Origin: an uncultured Bacteroidales bacterium
GTDB lineage: Bacteria; Bacteroidota; Bacteroidia; Bacteroidales; P3
DNA length: 64,000 nucleotides
Direction of reading: 5' to 3'
Assembly: GCA_900317955.1 (NCBI GenBank)
Contig: ONIP01000012.1
Span: 27,075-91,074, forward strand
Numbering within the stretch: the stretch's first letter is position 1; every line of letters starts with the position of its first letter. Position numbers and translations under genes: made by a program. The notes beneath the pieces were generated by a model that had not been told where the DNA came from, ran no database searches, and saw only the letters and a list, made by a program, of their open reading frames with translations. Shown here piece after piece: positions 8,504 to 16,601 of the stretch.

Positions 8504-11008
8504 ATGGAAAACAACAATACCAATACCAACAACATCAACCAGACACAAACCAGTCTGTCATTCCTTGATGACAAACAGTCCATCTCATTCCACATCAAGG
8601 ATATAGTATTTCTTCTTTTACGCAACATTCACTGGCTGCTCATTTTTGCTGCTCTCGGCGGTTTGATTGCCAACTTGTACGCTCGCCAACTTGACAAATC
8701 TTATCAAAGCAACGCCAAGATTCTGATACGGTCTGGCAATGACGTCGGCGTCAGCGACAACGATACCCGCGAAGCCACCATCCGCTCCGCCCTCGGTCTG
8801 CGTTCATTCTACTCAAGCACTATCAACAACGAAATCATGATCCTCACCTCAAAATCAAATGTTCAGAAAGCCGTTGAGGATCTCCATCTCAATACAGTAT
8901 ATACAACCAAGACCCGCCTGACCCATCGCGAAAAAGACTTATACAACATTTCTCCCGTAGAAATTGAGTTCAACAATGACGAGGACAACTTTATGATGCC
9001 CCCCATCCTCGTTATAAAAATATTAGACAATGACCACGCACTCCTTCTCCGTGAGAACCACCACAGCCTCTACATCCCATTCGACAAACCCGTCATCACC
9101 CCTATGGGCAAATTGACACTTCACAAAACATGGGCTTTCCAAAATGACTATATCGGTCAAGAAATCACTGTTAAAAATCTGGATATTGCATCCGTCACTG
9201 AATTCTATCGCTCCAAACTTGTCGTGTCACGCAACAGTGAACGCAATACCATCCTTGACCTGAACATGCGCGACAGTTCCCCCCAACGCTGCGCTGACTT
9301 CATTAACACAGTAATAAGGGTTTATAATGAAGGTGCTGTCAACGACAAGAAGAGAATCATCTCCGACACATATAACTATATCAACGAGCGTATCAACATC
9401 ATTAGCGGAGACCTCGATGCCCAAGAATCTGCCATGGCCAACTACCGTAGCGTCAACGACGTTGTAACCTCAGCATCCGTTGGCGAACGATATATCTCAA
9501 CAAGCATTACATCCAGCAACGAGGTCATCAGAATGCAGTCGGAACTTGAAATGGTCCGCTCACTCCTTTCTGCTATCCGTTCCAGCGACGGAAGCCGTGT
9601 AATCCCTGTTGGCTCTATTACCAATTCAATCATCCTCTCATACCTCACCAACTACAACCAACATGCTCAAGAGGTCTCACGCTATGTCGAAACAGGTACA
9701 ACAAACAACCCTGTGGCAGCAAGAGTTATCGAAAACCAACGTCAACTCCTCAACGACCTCGCCAGCATGACCGAAGGATACATTGCCTCCCTCGAACAAC
9801 GCATCATCAACGAACGAAACATGGCTAACTCAGCTTCTGCCAAGATGCGCTCCGTTCCACAAAAACAAATATATCTTGAAGGCATGGAGCGTAACCAAAA
9901 AATCAAAGAACAGCTCTATGTCTCTCTCCTCACACGTCGTGAAGAACTCATGATTAGTCAACCTTCACTCGAAGGTAGTGCAAAAGTCATCGAGTCCGCT
10001 CAGGTATATAATCGCCCAGTATCGCCCAACACCGCCCACATCACATTTGTTGGACTCATTATTGGTCTCCTCCTGCCCATTGGCTTCCATCTGCTTCGCC
10101 GTCTCTTCGACACTCAAGTCAAGAGTTATGCCGACATCGAATCTTCTATCACCGTACCGTTCCTGTGCGAAATTCCCTCTATCACTGATGAAGAAGCAAA
10201 AGACATTGTCGTCAACGATAAAGTCCACGAAGGCATTGCGGAATCGTTCCGACACCTTAGAGCCAAAATCGATTTCCTCAGCAACAAACCTGACAGTGCC
10301 AAAATACTCCTATTCTCATCTCTTGTCCCTAACTCCGGCAAAACATTCACAACCAGCAATCTGGCAGCTTGCATAGGTCTTACCGACAAAAAAGTCCTCA
10401 TCATCGACCTCGACCTCCGCAAAGCTTCTCTCTCCCACAAATTCTACTCGCGTCACAAACCCGGTGTGGTCAACTACCTAACTGGAAAAGAAGACAACCT
10501 CGACAGCCTTATCCAACACAACATCATTGCTCCAGGCGTAGACTCCCTTTTCTCCGGTCCTATACCTCCCAACCCCGCCGAATTGCTCAGTTCACCCCGC
10601 TTCGACCAAATGATCGACCAACTCCGTCCCCGTTACGATTACATCATCGTTGACAGCACTCCTGCTGGCATGGTCGTTGACACCGACATCGTCAAACACA
10701 TTGCCGACCACTCCTGCTTCATTATTCGTGCTCGCAAATTCGATAAACGCATGCTACTCGACATTGAACGCCTCTACAACGACCATGCATTCCCCAACAT
10801 GTGCACCATTCTCAACGACGTCAAGTACGAGAAACAGCCCCTTTACGGCCACAACTATGGGTATGGTTACGGTTACGGCTACGGCTATGGTTACGGCTAC
10901 GGCTATGGATATGGTTACGGCTATGGCGATGATAACTTCTCGCAAGAACCCGAGCCGACCCAAAAGAAAAAGACTCCGTTTAGATTATTCAAATCCAAGA
11001 AGAAATAA
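8504..11008 (+). CDS. wzc: Wzc-type chain-length determinant fused to a BY tyrosine kinase
   Basis: An N-terminal TM segment and a Wzz-like coiled region are followed by a second TM. Walker A is SLVPNSGKTFTTSNLA, Walker A' is VLIIDLDLRK and Walker B is YIIVDSTP. The C-terminus carries a tyrosine cluster. Confidence 0.9.
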   Translation: MENNNTNTNNINQTQTSLSFLDDKQSISFHIKDIVFLLLRNIHWLLIFAALGGLIANLYARQLDKSYQSNAKILIRSGNDVGVSDNDTREATIRSALGLRSFYSSTINNEIMILTSKSNVQKAVEDLHLNTVYTTKTRLTHREKDLYNISPVEIEFNNDEDNFMMPPILVIKILDNDHALLLRENHHSLYIPFDKPVITPMGKLTLHKTWAFQNDYIGQEITVKNLDIASVTEFYRSKLVVSRNSERNTILDLNMRDSSPQRCADFINTVIRVYNEGAVNDKKRIISDTYNYINERINIISGDLDAQESAMANYRSVNDVVTSASVGERYISTSITSSNEVIRMQSELEMVRSLLSAIRSSDGSRVIPVGSITNSIILSYLTNYNQHAQEVSRYVETGTTNNPVAARVIENQRQLLNDLASMTEGYIASLEQRIINERNMANSASAKMRSVPQKQIYLEGMERNQKIKEQLYVSLLTRREELMISQPSLEGSAKVIESAQVYNRPVSPNTAHITFVGLIIGLLLPIGFHLLRRLFDTQVKSYADIESSITVPFLCEIPSITDEEAKDIVVNDKVHEGIAESFRHLRAKIDFLSNKPDSAKILLFSSLVPNSGKTFTTSNLAACIGLTDKKVLIIDLDLRKASLSHKFYSRHKPGVVNYLTGKEDNLDSLIQHNIIAPGVDSLFSGPIPPNPAELLSSPRFDQMIDQLRPRYDYIIVDSTPAGMVVDTDIVKHIADHSCFIIRARKFDKRMLLDIERLYNDHAFPNMCTILNDVKYEKQPLYGHNYGYGYGYGYGYGYGYGYGYGYGYGDDNFSQEPEPTQKKKTPFRLFKSKKK
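10856..10927 (+). repeat. In-frame (Tyr-Gly)x12 coding repeat, the C-terminal Y-cluster of Wzc
   Basis: There are 12 consecutive TAY-GGN units. Synonymous codons alternate and a 24-nt higher-order period is visible (tatggt tacggy tacggc ...). Confidence 0.95.
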
Positions 11009-11019
11009 CACGTCATACC

Positions 11020-12141
11020 GTGCAAGACAAAGCCCCAATCACTGTCACCTCTCCTTTGCTACCGCAGCTTGATGACCTCACCTGCATGCTCAAAGAAATC
11101 TGGGCAAGCAAGTGGATCACCAATAACGGTCAGTTCCATCAACAATTTGAAAAAGCCCTTTGCGAGTACCTCAAAGTCCCGTACATTAGCCTTTTCACAA
11201 ATGGAACTATTCCACTGCTCACAGCACTTCAGGCACTCTGTGTGAGGGGGGAAGTCATTACCACACCCTACAGTTTCGTTGCAACGACCCACAGCATCTG
11301 GTGGAATGGACTTAAGCCGGTATTTGTTGACATCGACCCCGAAACCTGCAACATCGACCCTGATAAAATCGAAGCTGCCATCACTCCACAAACCACGGCT
11401 ATCTTGCCTGTCCACTGCTATGGACAACCTTGCGACAACCAACGGATTCAACACATTGCTGATAAATATGGGCTCAAAGTCATATATGATGCTGCACATG
11501 CCTTTGGTGTTGAAATCAATGGCGAATCCATACTGAACTGGGGAGATCTCTCTACGCTCAGTTTCCACGCCACCAAAGTATTCAACACCATCGAAGGGGG
11601 AGCACTCATCATGCACGATGAAGCTACTAAAAAAAGAATCGACTACCTCAAAAACTTCGGTTTCGAAAGTGAAACCGAAGTTGTCGCTCCCGGAATCAAC
11701 GGCAAACTTGACGAAATACGCTCGGTTTATGGTCTTCTTAACCTCAAGCAAGTCGACCATGCCATCCAGCAACGCCAACATGTGGCCCAACGCTACACCG
11801 AAGTCCTAAGCAAAATACCTGGCATCAGAATCCTGCCCACCATTCAGGGGGTTCGCCACAATTACAGCTATTATCCTATATTCATCAACCCAGAAGACTA
11901 CGGTGCTACTCGAGACCAACTTTACACTGCTCTACGACAACGCAACATTTTAAGTCGAAAGTACTTCTTCCCTCTCATCAGCACTTTTAGCACATACCGA
12001 GGTCTTCCAAGTGCCTCTCCAAGCAATCTCCCAAACGCCACTTTAATCGCCAACCAAGTAATCTGTCTTCCCATGCATCATGCTCTAACTTCCGACGAAA
12101 TAGACAACATACTCGACATTGTCACAAACAAACCATTCTGA
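11020..12141 (+). CDS. DegT/DnrJ/EryC1/StrS-family sugar aminotransferase (PLP-dependent)
   Basis: GTG start. The family layout includes ...DAAHAFG... and the SFHATKVF lysine motif. Confidence 0.85.
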   Translation: MQDKAPITVTSPLLPQLDDLTCMLKEIWASKWITNNGQFHQQFEKALCEYLKVPYISLFTNGTIPLLTALQALCVRGEVITTPYSFVATTHSIWWNGLKPVFVDIDPETCNIDPDKIEAAITPQTTAILPVHCYGQPCDNQRIQHIADKYGLKVIYDAAHAFGVEINGESILNWGDLSTLSFHATKVFNTIEGGALIMHDEATKKRIDYLKNFGFESETEVVAPGINGKLDEIRSVYGLLNLKQVDHAIQQRQHVAQRYTEVLSKIPGIRILPTIQGVRHNYSYYPIFINPEDYGATRDQLYTALRQRNILSRKYFFPLISTFSTYRGLPSASPSNLPNATLIANQVICLPMHHALTSDEIDNILDIVTNKPF

Positions 12142-12200
12142 CCCAACTGGGAATCAGGTAACACAATTCAACCCGCATCTAACATAAAGAAACAAAAAAA

Positions 12201-12232
12201 AGCCGTTGCCCACCTCATCGCAACGGCTTTTC
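12201..12232 (+). terminator. Rho-independent terminator ending the polysaccharide locus
   Basis: Perfect 9-bp stem agccgttgc/gcaacggct (12201-12209 and 12220-12228), flanked by an A-run and a T-run. Confidence 0.75.
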
Positions 12233-12281
12233 AATTCAAATAAAAAACCATCATAACAATCAATCTGCAGACTATTAAAAA

Positions 12282-12920
12282 ATGGAAAACAGACGTAATT
12301 CATTAATAATTCTGAAATCAACCCTCAGCAGACTACCCTCTTACTATTGCAACATAGAGGAAAGAAAAGCTGCAGGCGAAGAATACGTATCGGCTACATC
12401 CATTGCCGAAAGCCTCTCCATCAATCCCGTTCAGGTGAGAAAAGACCTAGCCAGCATTTGCTCCGAACCAGGTCGTCCTAAATTAGGATTCAAGATTGAC
12501 GTACTACTTGACGACCTGAAAAACCATTTAGGCTATGACCGTTACGACGAGTCTGTACTTGTCGGTGTTGGTGCTTTGGGGCATGTTCTTCTACAGTACG
12601 GTGGCTTTGTCAACTACGGCTTAGGCATCGTCGCTGGATTCGACAAAGAAGTAAAAGAAAAAACTATCGCTGGCAAGCCAGTTCTCCCCATAAGCAAACT
12701 CGTTTCTTATCTGCAACGCACTCACACCAAAATCGGCATTATTGCCGTCCCCGCCCAAGCTGCTCAGGAAGTTGCCGACATGATGGTTGTAGGCGGCATT
12801 CAAGCCATCTGGAACTTCGCCCCAACCACCCTCGACCTCCCAAAATCCATCCTTGTAAAAAACGAAAATCTTGCAGCCTCCCTTGCTGCACTTACCACCG
12901 AACTACGTCGTCGCAGTTAA
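12282..12920 (+). CDS. rex: Redox-sensing transcriptional repressor Rex
   Basis: N-terminal winged-helix region RLPSYYCNIEERKAAGEEYVSATSIAESLSINPVQVRKDL, then a Rossmann domain (VLVGVGALGHVL). Confidence 0.85.
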   Translation: MENRRNSLIILKSTLSRLPSYYCNIEERKAAGEEYVSATSIAESLSINPVQVRKDLASICSEPGRPKLGFKIDVLLDDLKNHLGYDRYDESVLVGVGALGHVLLQYGGFVNYGLGIVAGFDKEVKEKTIAGKPVLPISKLVSYLQRTHTKIGIIAVPAQAAQEVADMMVVGGIQAIWNFAPTTLDLPKSILVKNENLAASLAALTTELRRRS

Positions 12921-13032
12921 CCCTTCCCACTGTTATTGCACTTCCCCCAAAAAGATAATTTCTGACTTGATTTGATAATATATTCGATAAAAAAATAGCG
13001 ATTTGTAATATTTTTTTTCATTGAAATTCAAC

Positions 13033-13082
13033 AAAATAAACACCACAAATAAAATAAAAGTTTTATATATGGTGTTTATTTT
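13033..13082. promoter_or_regulatory. 13-bp perfect inverted repeat (aaaataaacacca ... tggtgtttatttt). It is either a weak rex terminator or an operator abutting the next promoter.
   Basis: The arms are 13033-13045 and 13070-13082 with a 24-nt loop. The right arm ends 1 nt before the TAnnTTTG box at 13084. Confidence 0.4.
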
Positions 13083-13083
13083 G

Positions 13084-13091
13084 TATTTTTG
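13084..13091 (+). promoter_or_regulatory. Bacteroidota -7 promoter box (TATTTTTG), candidate promoter of the hydrogenase operon
   Basis: It matches TAnnTTTG in the context ttgTATTTTTGca. It lies about 300 nt upstream of the first operon ATG. Confidence 0.45.
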
Positions 13092-13390
13092 CAGTCGATT
13101 TGAAGCAACTGTTCTTTGAAAAGTTACCTGATACACAACAAAAAGCTTAATTGGAAAACCATCGCTAAAATACATAATTAAACAAAAACATCACCACCTC
13201 AACTCATTTTACTAACCATACCAGAAAATCCGATTACTACCCGGAATTTATCCACACCATTTTTCATTTAGTTTTTTAACCCAGCAGCAACTCCCCCTTT
13301 TATATTTTCCTTCGCTTCTCCTTCGCTCATCAGACAACATAAAAAAGCACACACCTATAAACTCGAAATATTGATCAAAAAAATAAAAAT

Positions 13391-13690
13391 ATGACAATCA
13401 AGGTATGCGTCGGCAGTTCCTGCCACTTAAAAGGTTCTTACAACGTAATTGAAGCCTTCAAAGAGATATTGAAAAAATACGATGTCGAAGATGTGGTAGA
13501 ACTGCAAGCCAGCTTCTGTCTCGGTCACTGCTCCCGCGGCGTCACCGTACTCTGCGATGGAATGGAACCAGCCTCCCACGGATCACAAGTCGAAGAAACC
13601 CCCGAAGGTTTCATTCTCCATGGCGTCAACGCAGAAAATGCAGAGGAGCTCTTCGCCAATGAAGTCTACCCAAAACTAAATCTAAACTAA
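13391..13690 (+). CDS. Thioredoxin-like [2Fe-2S] ferredoxin (HfsA/NuoE-like)
   Basis: Cys pattern CVGSSC ... CLGHC in a 99-aa protein. Confidence 0.75.
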   Translation: MTIKVCVGSSCHLKGSYNVIEAFKEILKKYDVEDVVELQASFCLGHCSRGVTVLCDGMEPASHGSQVEETPEGFILHGVNAENAEELFANEVYPKLNLN

Positions 13691-13716
13691 TCAATTAACC
13701 ACCACGTATATAAGAA

Positions 13717-15435
13717 ATGCCAGAATATCTTGAATTTAAGACAGTACAATGCAAAGACTGCTACCGCTGTGTAAGGGAATGTCCCGTTAAGGCCATCGAA
13801 GTAAAATCACACCACGCTCAGATTATCGAAGAGCACTGTATCCTCTGCGGTCATTGCACCCACGTTTGTCCTCAAAACGCCAAAATCGTACATAGCGAAC
13901 TCCCCGTCGTCAGACAACTACTTGCTTCGGGGCAAAAAGTCGCTGCCACCGTTGCACCGTCATTCATTAACAACCTCTCCCTAAAAGATTTCTCAACACT
14001 TCGCATTGCACTGGCAAAACTTGGTTTTTCCATAGCCGAAGAAACAGCTGTTGGTGCCCAAGCCGTGGTTGAAGAATACAAAAAAGTCTTGGAATCAGGC
14101 GAGATGCGCAACTTTATCACCTCTGCCTGCCCCTCGGTATGCCGCATCATACAAATGTACTACCCCAAGGCTTTGCCCTTTCTGGCACCTGTTGACTCCC
14201 CCATGGTGGCTCACGCCAAAATGCTTCGCAGAAACGATCCCAACTTGAAAATTGTTTTCATTGGTCCTTGTATCGCAAAAAAAAGAGAAGCTAAAGAACA
14301 TGGCATCGATGCCGTATTGACCTTTGAAGAACTGCTAACCCTGTTCCAGGAAAACAACATCGACCTTTCCAATATCAACCACCTCTCCATCGACAACGAC
14401 CACCTCGGTGCCAACCGCGCCAAAGCCTTCCCAATTACAAGAGGCATTATCCGTTCCTTCGACAACCTTCCCGAAGGTTACCACTATATGGCTGTCGACG
14501 GAGTCACTCGGTTAACAGACGTATTGGAGAACATCGAAAACCTTGACCACGTTTTCATCGAAATGAACATGTGTCAAGGCGGGTGCATCAACGGCCCAAG
14601 CTCAATCCAACATGAAGGCGGCATCATCAAGGCCGAAGAAGATGTTTCAAACTACGTCGAACACGAATTGGCCACCCGCAAACACACACCTGCGCCGCAA
14701 GCTGGAGTCTCTCTATCCTTGGCCTACCCGCGTCTCAGGTCGCACAGCCGTCCCGTAACAGAAAAAGAAATTGAAGAAATATTGCACCGTACAGGCAAAT
14801 TCAGCAAAGAAGACGAACTGAACTGCGGCGCCTGCGGTTACAGCACCTGTCGTGAAAAAGCTTGGGCTGTTATCAACGGCTATGCCGATATCGATATATG
14901 CTTGCCATACATGCGCAAACGTGCCGAAAGCCTTGCCGTTGACATTGTCCGCAATTCTCCCGAAGGTGTCATCCTGGTTGACCCCGACCTTAACATCGTC
15001 GACACCAATGCAACTGCCATGAAGATGCTTGGCATGGATGGCCAGCCCGAAAGCCACCAAGGTCGTCCCCTTGCTGACTTCTTCCCGCCCATCGAGTTCT
15101 ACAATGCCCTCACTCAACACCGTAAAATTGAGAACAAATGTCTGCATATATCCGGTACCAATCGCTACGTTAGTCTCACCGTCAGCCTGCTTGGAGAACA
15201 AAATGTGCTCTTCGGTTTAATGAAAGACATCTCCGAACAGGTCAACTACGACAAAAAACTCGACAAAGTAAAACTCGAAACCATCAGCACCACCGACGAC
15301 CTCATCATGAAACAAATGCGGGTTGCTCAAGAAATTGCTTCTCTCCTGGGCGAAACCACTGCCGAAACAAAGGTGGCACTGCTCAATCTCAAAAAAATGC
15401 TGCGTGATTCTGTAGCCATGGAGGACAAGGAATGA
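13717..15435 (+). CDS. Sensory-type [FeFe]-hydrogenase paralog (HydS/HfsB-like): 2x[4Fe-4S] domain, H-domain, Cx2Cx4Cx16C motif and PAS domain
   Basis: Two CxxCxxCxxxCP ferredoxin motifs. The H-cluster motifs are TSACP (14119-14133), GPCIAKKRE and MCQGGCINGP. CGACGYSTC-x16-C lies at 14824-14901. A C-terminal PAS-like segment is present. Confidence 0.75.
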   Translation: MPEYLEFKTVQCKDCYRCVRECPVKAIEVKSHHAQIIEEHCILCGHCTHVCPQNAKIVHSELPVVRQLLASGQKVAATVAPSFINNLSLKDFSTLRIALAKLGFSIAEETAVGAQAVVEEYKKVLESGEMRNFITSACPSVCRIIQMYYPKALPFLAPVDSPMVAHAKMLRRNDPNLKIVFIGPCIAKKREAKEHGIDAVLTFEELLTLFQENNIDLSNINHLSIDNDHLGANRAKAFPITRGIIRSFDNLPEGYHYMAVDGVTRLTDVLENIENLDHVFIEMNMCQGGCINGPSSIQHEGGIIKAEEDVSNYVEHELATRKHTPAPQAGVSLSLAYPRLRSHSRPVTEKEIEEILHRTGKFSKEDELNCGACGYSTCREKAWAVINGYADIDICLPYMRKRAESLAVDIVRNSPEGVILVDPDLNIVDTNATAMKMLGMDGQPESHQGRPLADFFPPIEFYNALTQHRKIENKCLHISGTNRYVSLTVSLLGEQNVLFGLMKDISEQVNYDKKLDKVKLETISTTDDLIMKQMRVAQEIASLLGETTAETKVALLNLKKMLRDSVAMEDKE

Positions 15436-16598
15436 GAGAACTCTGCATAGAATACGGATTCACCTCTCTCAACCACGTGGGCGAAGAACTATGTGGCGAC
15501 AACGTAGAACTCTGCGAACGCGGTGACTATACCACCGTCGTCCTGGCCGATGGCCTTGGCAGTGGCGTTAAAGCAAACATCTTGGCAACTCTCACAAGCA
15601 AAATCCTTTGCACCATGGTTGCCAACGATGCCGACATCGAAGAATGTGTGGAAACCATCATCCAGACCCTCCCTGTCTGCAAGGAACGTCAACTGGCCTA
15701 CAGCACCTTCTCCGTAATTCACGTCAACAAAGAGGGAAAAGGTCACCTGTTCGAATTCGACAACCCTGAAGCCATCTGGTACCACAAAGGCCATACCCAG
15801 GACTTCCCCAATCGCACCCCTCTTGAAATCTGCGGCAAACAAGTCTTCCACACCATGCTGGAGCTCTCTGCTGGCGACATGGTCTTTGTCATGAGCGACG
15901 GCACCATCCATGCTGGTATCGGTCAAATCCTTAACTTTGGTTGGCAACGCAAGGAAATCATGGAGCACCTCGACAAAAACGTCAATGCTCACATGTCTGC
16001 CCGCGCCGCCGCCTGCCTACTTGCCTCAGCCTGCAACGACCTCTACCTCGACCGCCCCGGTGACGACACCACTGTCGCTGCCATCCGCATACGTCCAAAA
16101 ATGGAAGTCCACATTATGGTCGGTCCCCCTGTCGACAAAGAAAAAGACAAATACTATGTCGAACAATTCCTCCAGGGTGCCGACAAACACATCGTCTGTG
16201 GTGGCACAAGCTCCCAGATTGTAGCACGATGCACTGGCAAAGAGCTTAAAACCAGTTTCGACTTCCCTGACAAAGATGTACCTCCTATAGGTTTTATCGA
16301 TGGAATCGACCTCACCACCGAAGGAGTCATCACTCTTCGCCGACTACTCGACCTTTCCCACAAATACGTTTCCTCCAAAGATCTCACTCCAAAGACTTAT
16401 AGTAAAAAAGACGGCGGTTCGCTGCTGGCCAATATATTGTTCGAAGAAGCCACCCACATCGTTTTCTTTGTCGGACAAAACGTCAATGCCGCCCACCAAG
16501 GACTCGACATTGACATCACCATGAAGCTTAAACTTGTTGAACATCTGGCCAATAACCTACGCCTGATGGGAAAAATGGTAACTGTAAACTACGATTAA
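15432..16598 (+). CDS. SpoIIE/PP2C-family serine phosphatase with an uncharacterised C-terminal domain (HfsC-like)
   Basis: GEELCGDNVE...VLADGLGSGVKANILA...MSDG...GDDTTV are PP2C metal-site motifs. The ATGA junction overlaps the upstream sensor gene. Confidence 0.75.
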   Translation: MRELCIEYGFTSLNHVGEELCGDNVELCERGDYTTVVLADGLGSGVKANILATLTSKILCTMVANDADIEECVETIIQTLPVCKERQLAYSTFSVIHVNKEGKGHLFEFDNPEAIWYHKGHTQDFPNRTPLEICGKQVFHTMLELSAGDMVFVMSDGTIHAGIGQILNFGWQRKEIMEHLDKNVNAHMSARAAACLLASACNDLYLDRPGDDTTVAAIRIRPKMEVHIMVGPPVDKEKDKYYVEQFLQGADKHIVCGGTSSQIVARCTGKELKTSFDFPDKDVPPIGFIDGIDLTTEGVITLRRLLDLSHKYVSSKDLTPKTYSKKDGGSLLANILFEEATHIVFFVGQNVNAAHQGLDIDITMKLKLVEHLANNLRLMGKMVTVNYD

Positions 16599-16601
16599 TT
16601 T

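Noticed and set aside
10856-10927. The tandem 6-nt repeat could be read as a non-coding microsatellite or a CRISPR-like array.
   Set aside because: It is in frame inside the Wzc kinase ORF and encodes (YG)12. There are no spacers and no flanking cas genes.
12933-13175. An 80-aa minus-strand ORF in the rex-hfs spacer, and the 64-aa ORF at 33145-33339 upstream of the tRNA cluster.
   Set aside because: Both are AT-rich intergenic DNA whose translations are dominated by Phe/Ile/Lys/Asn. Neither has a promoter or a recognisable homologue.
12921-13390. I searched for a canonical Rex operator (TTGTGAA-n-TTCACAA-like) upstream of the hydrogenase operon and of rex.
   Set aside because: No convincing match was seen by eye. 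Only a 5-1-5 palindrome (ttgaaattcaa) is present. Rex control of the operon therefore remains inference from adjacency only.
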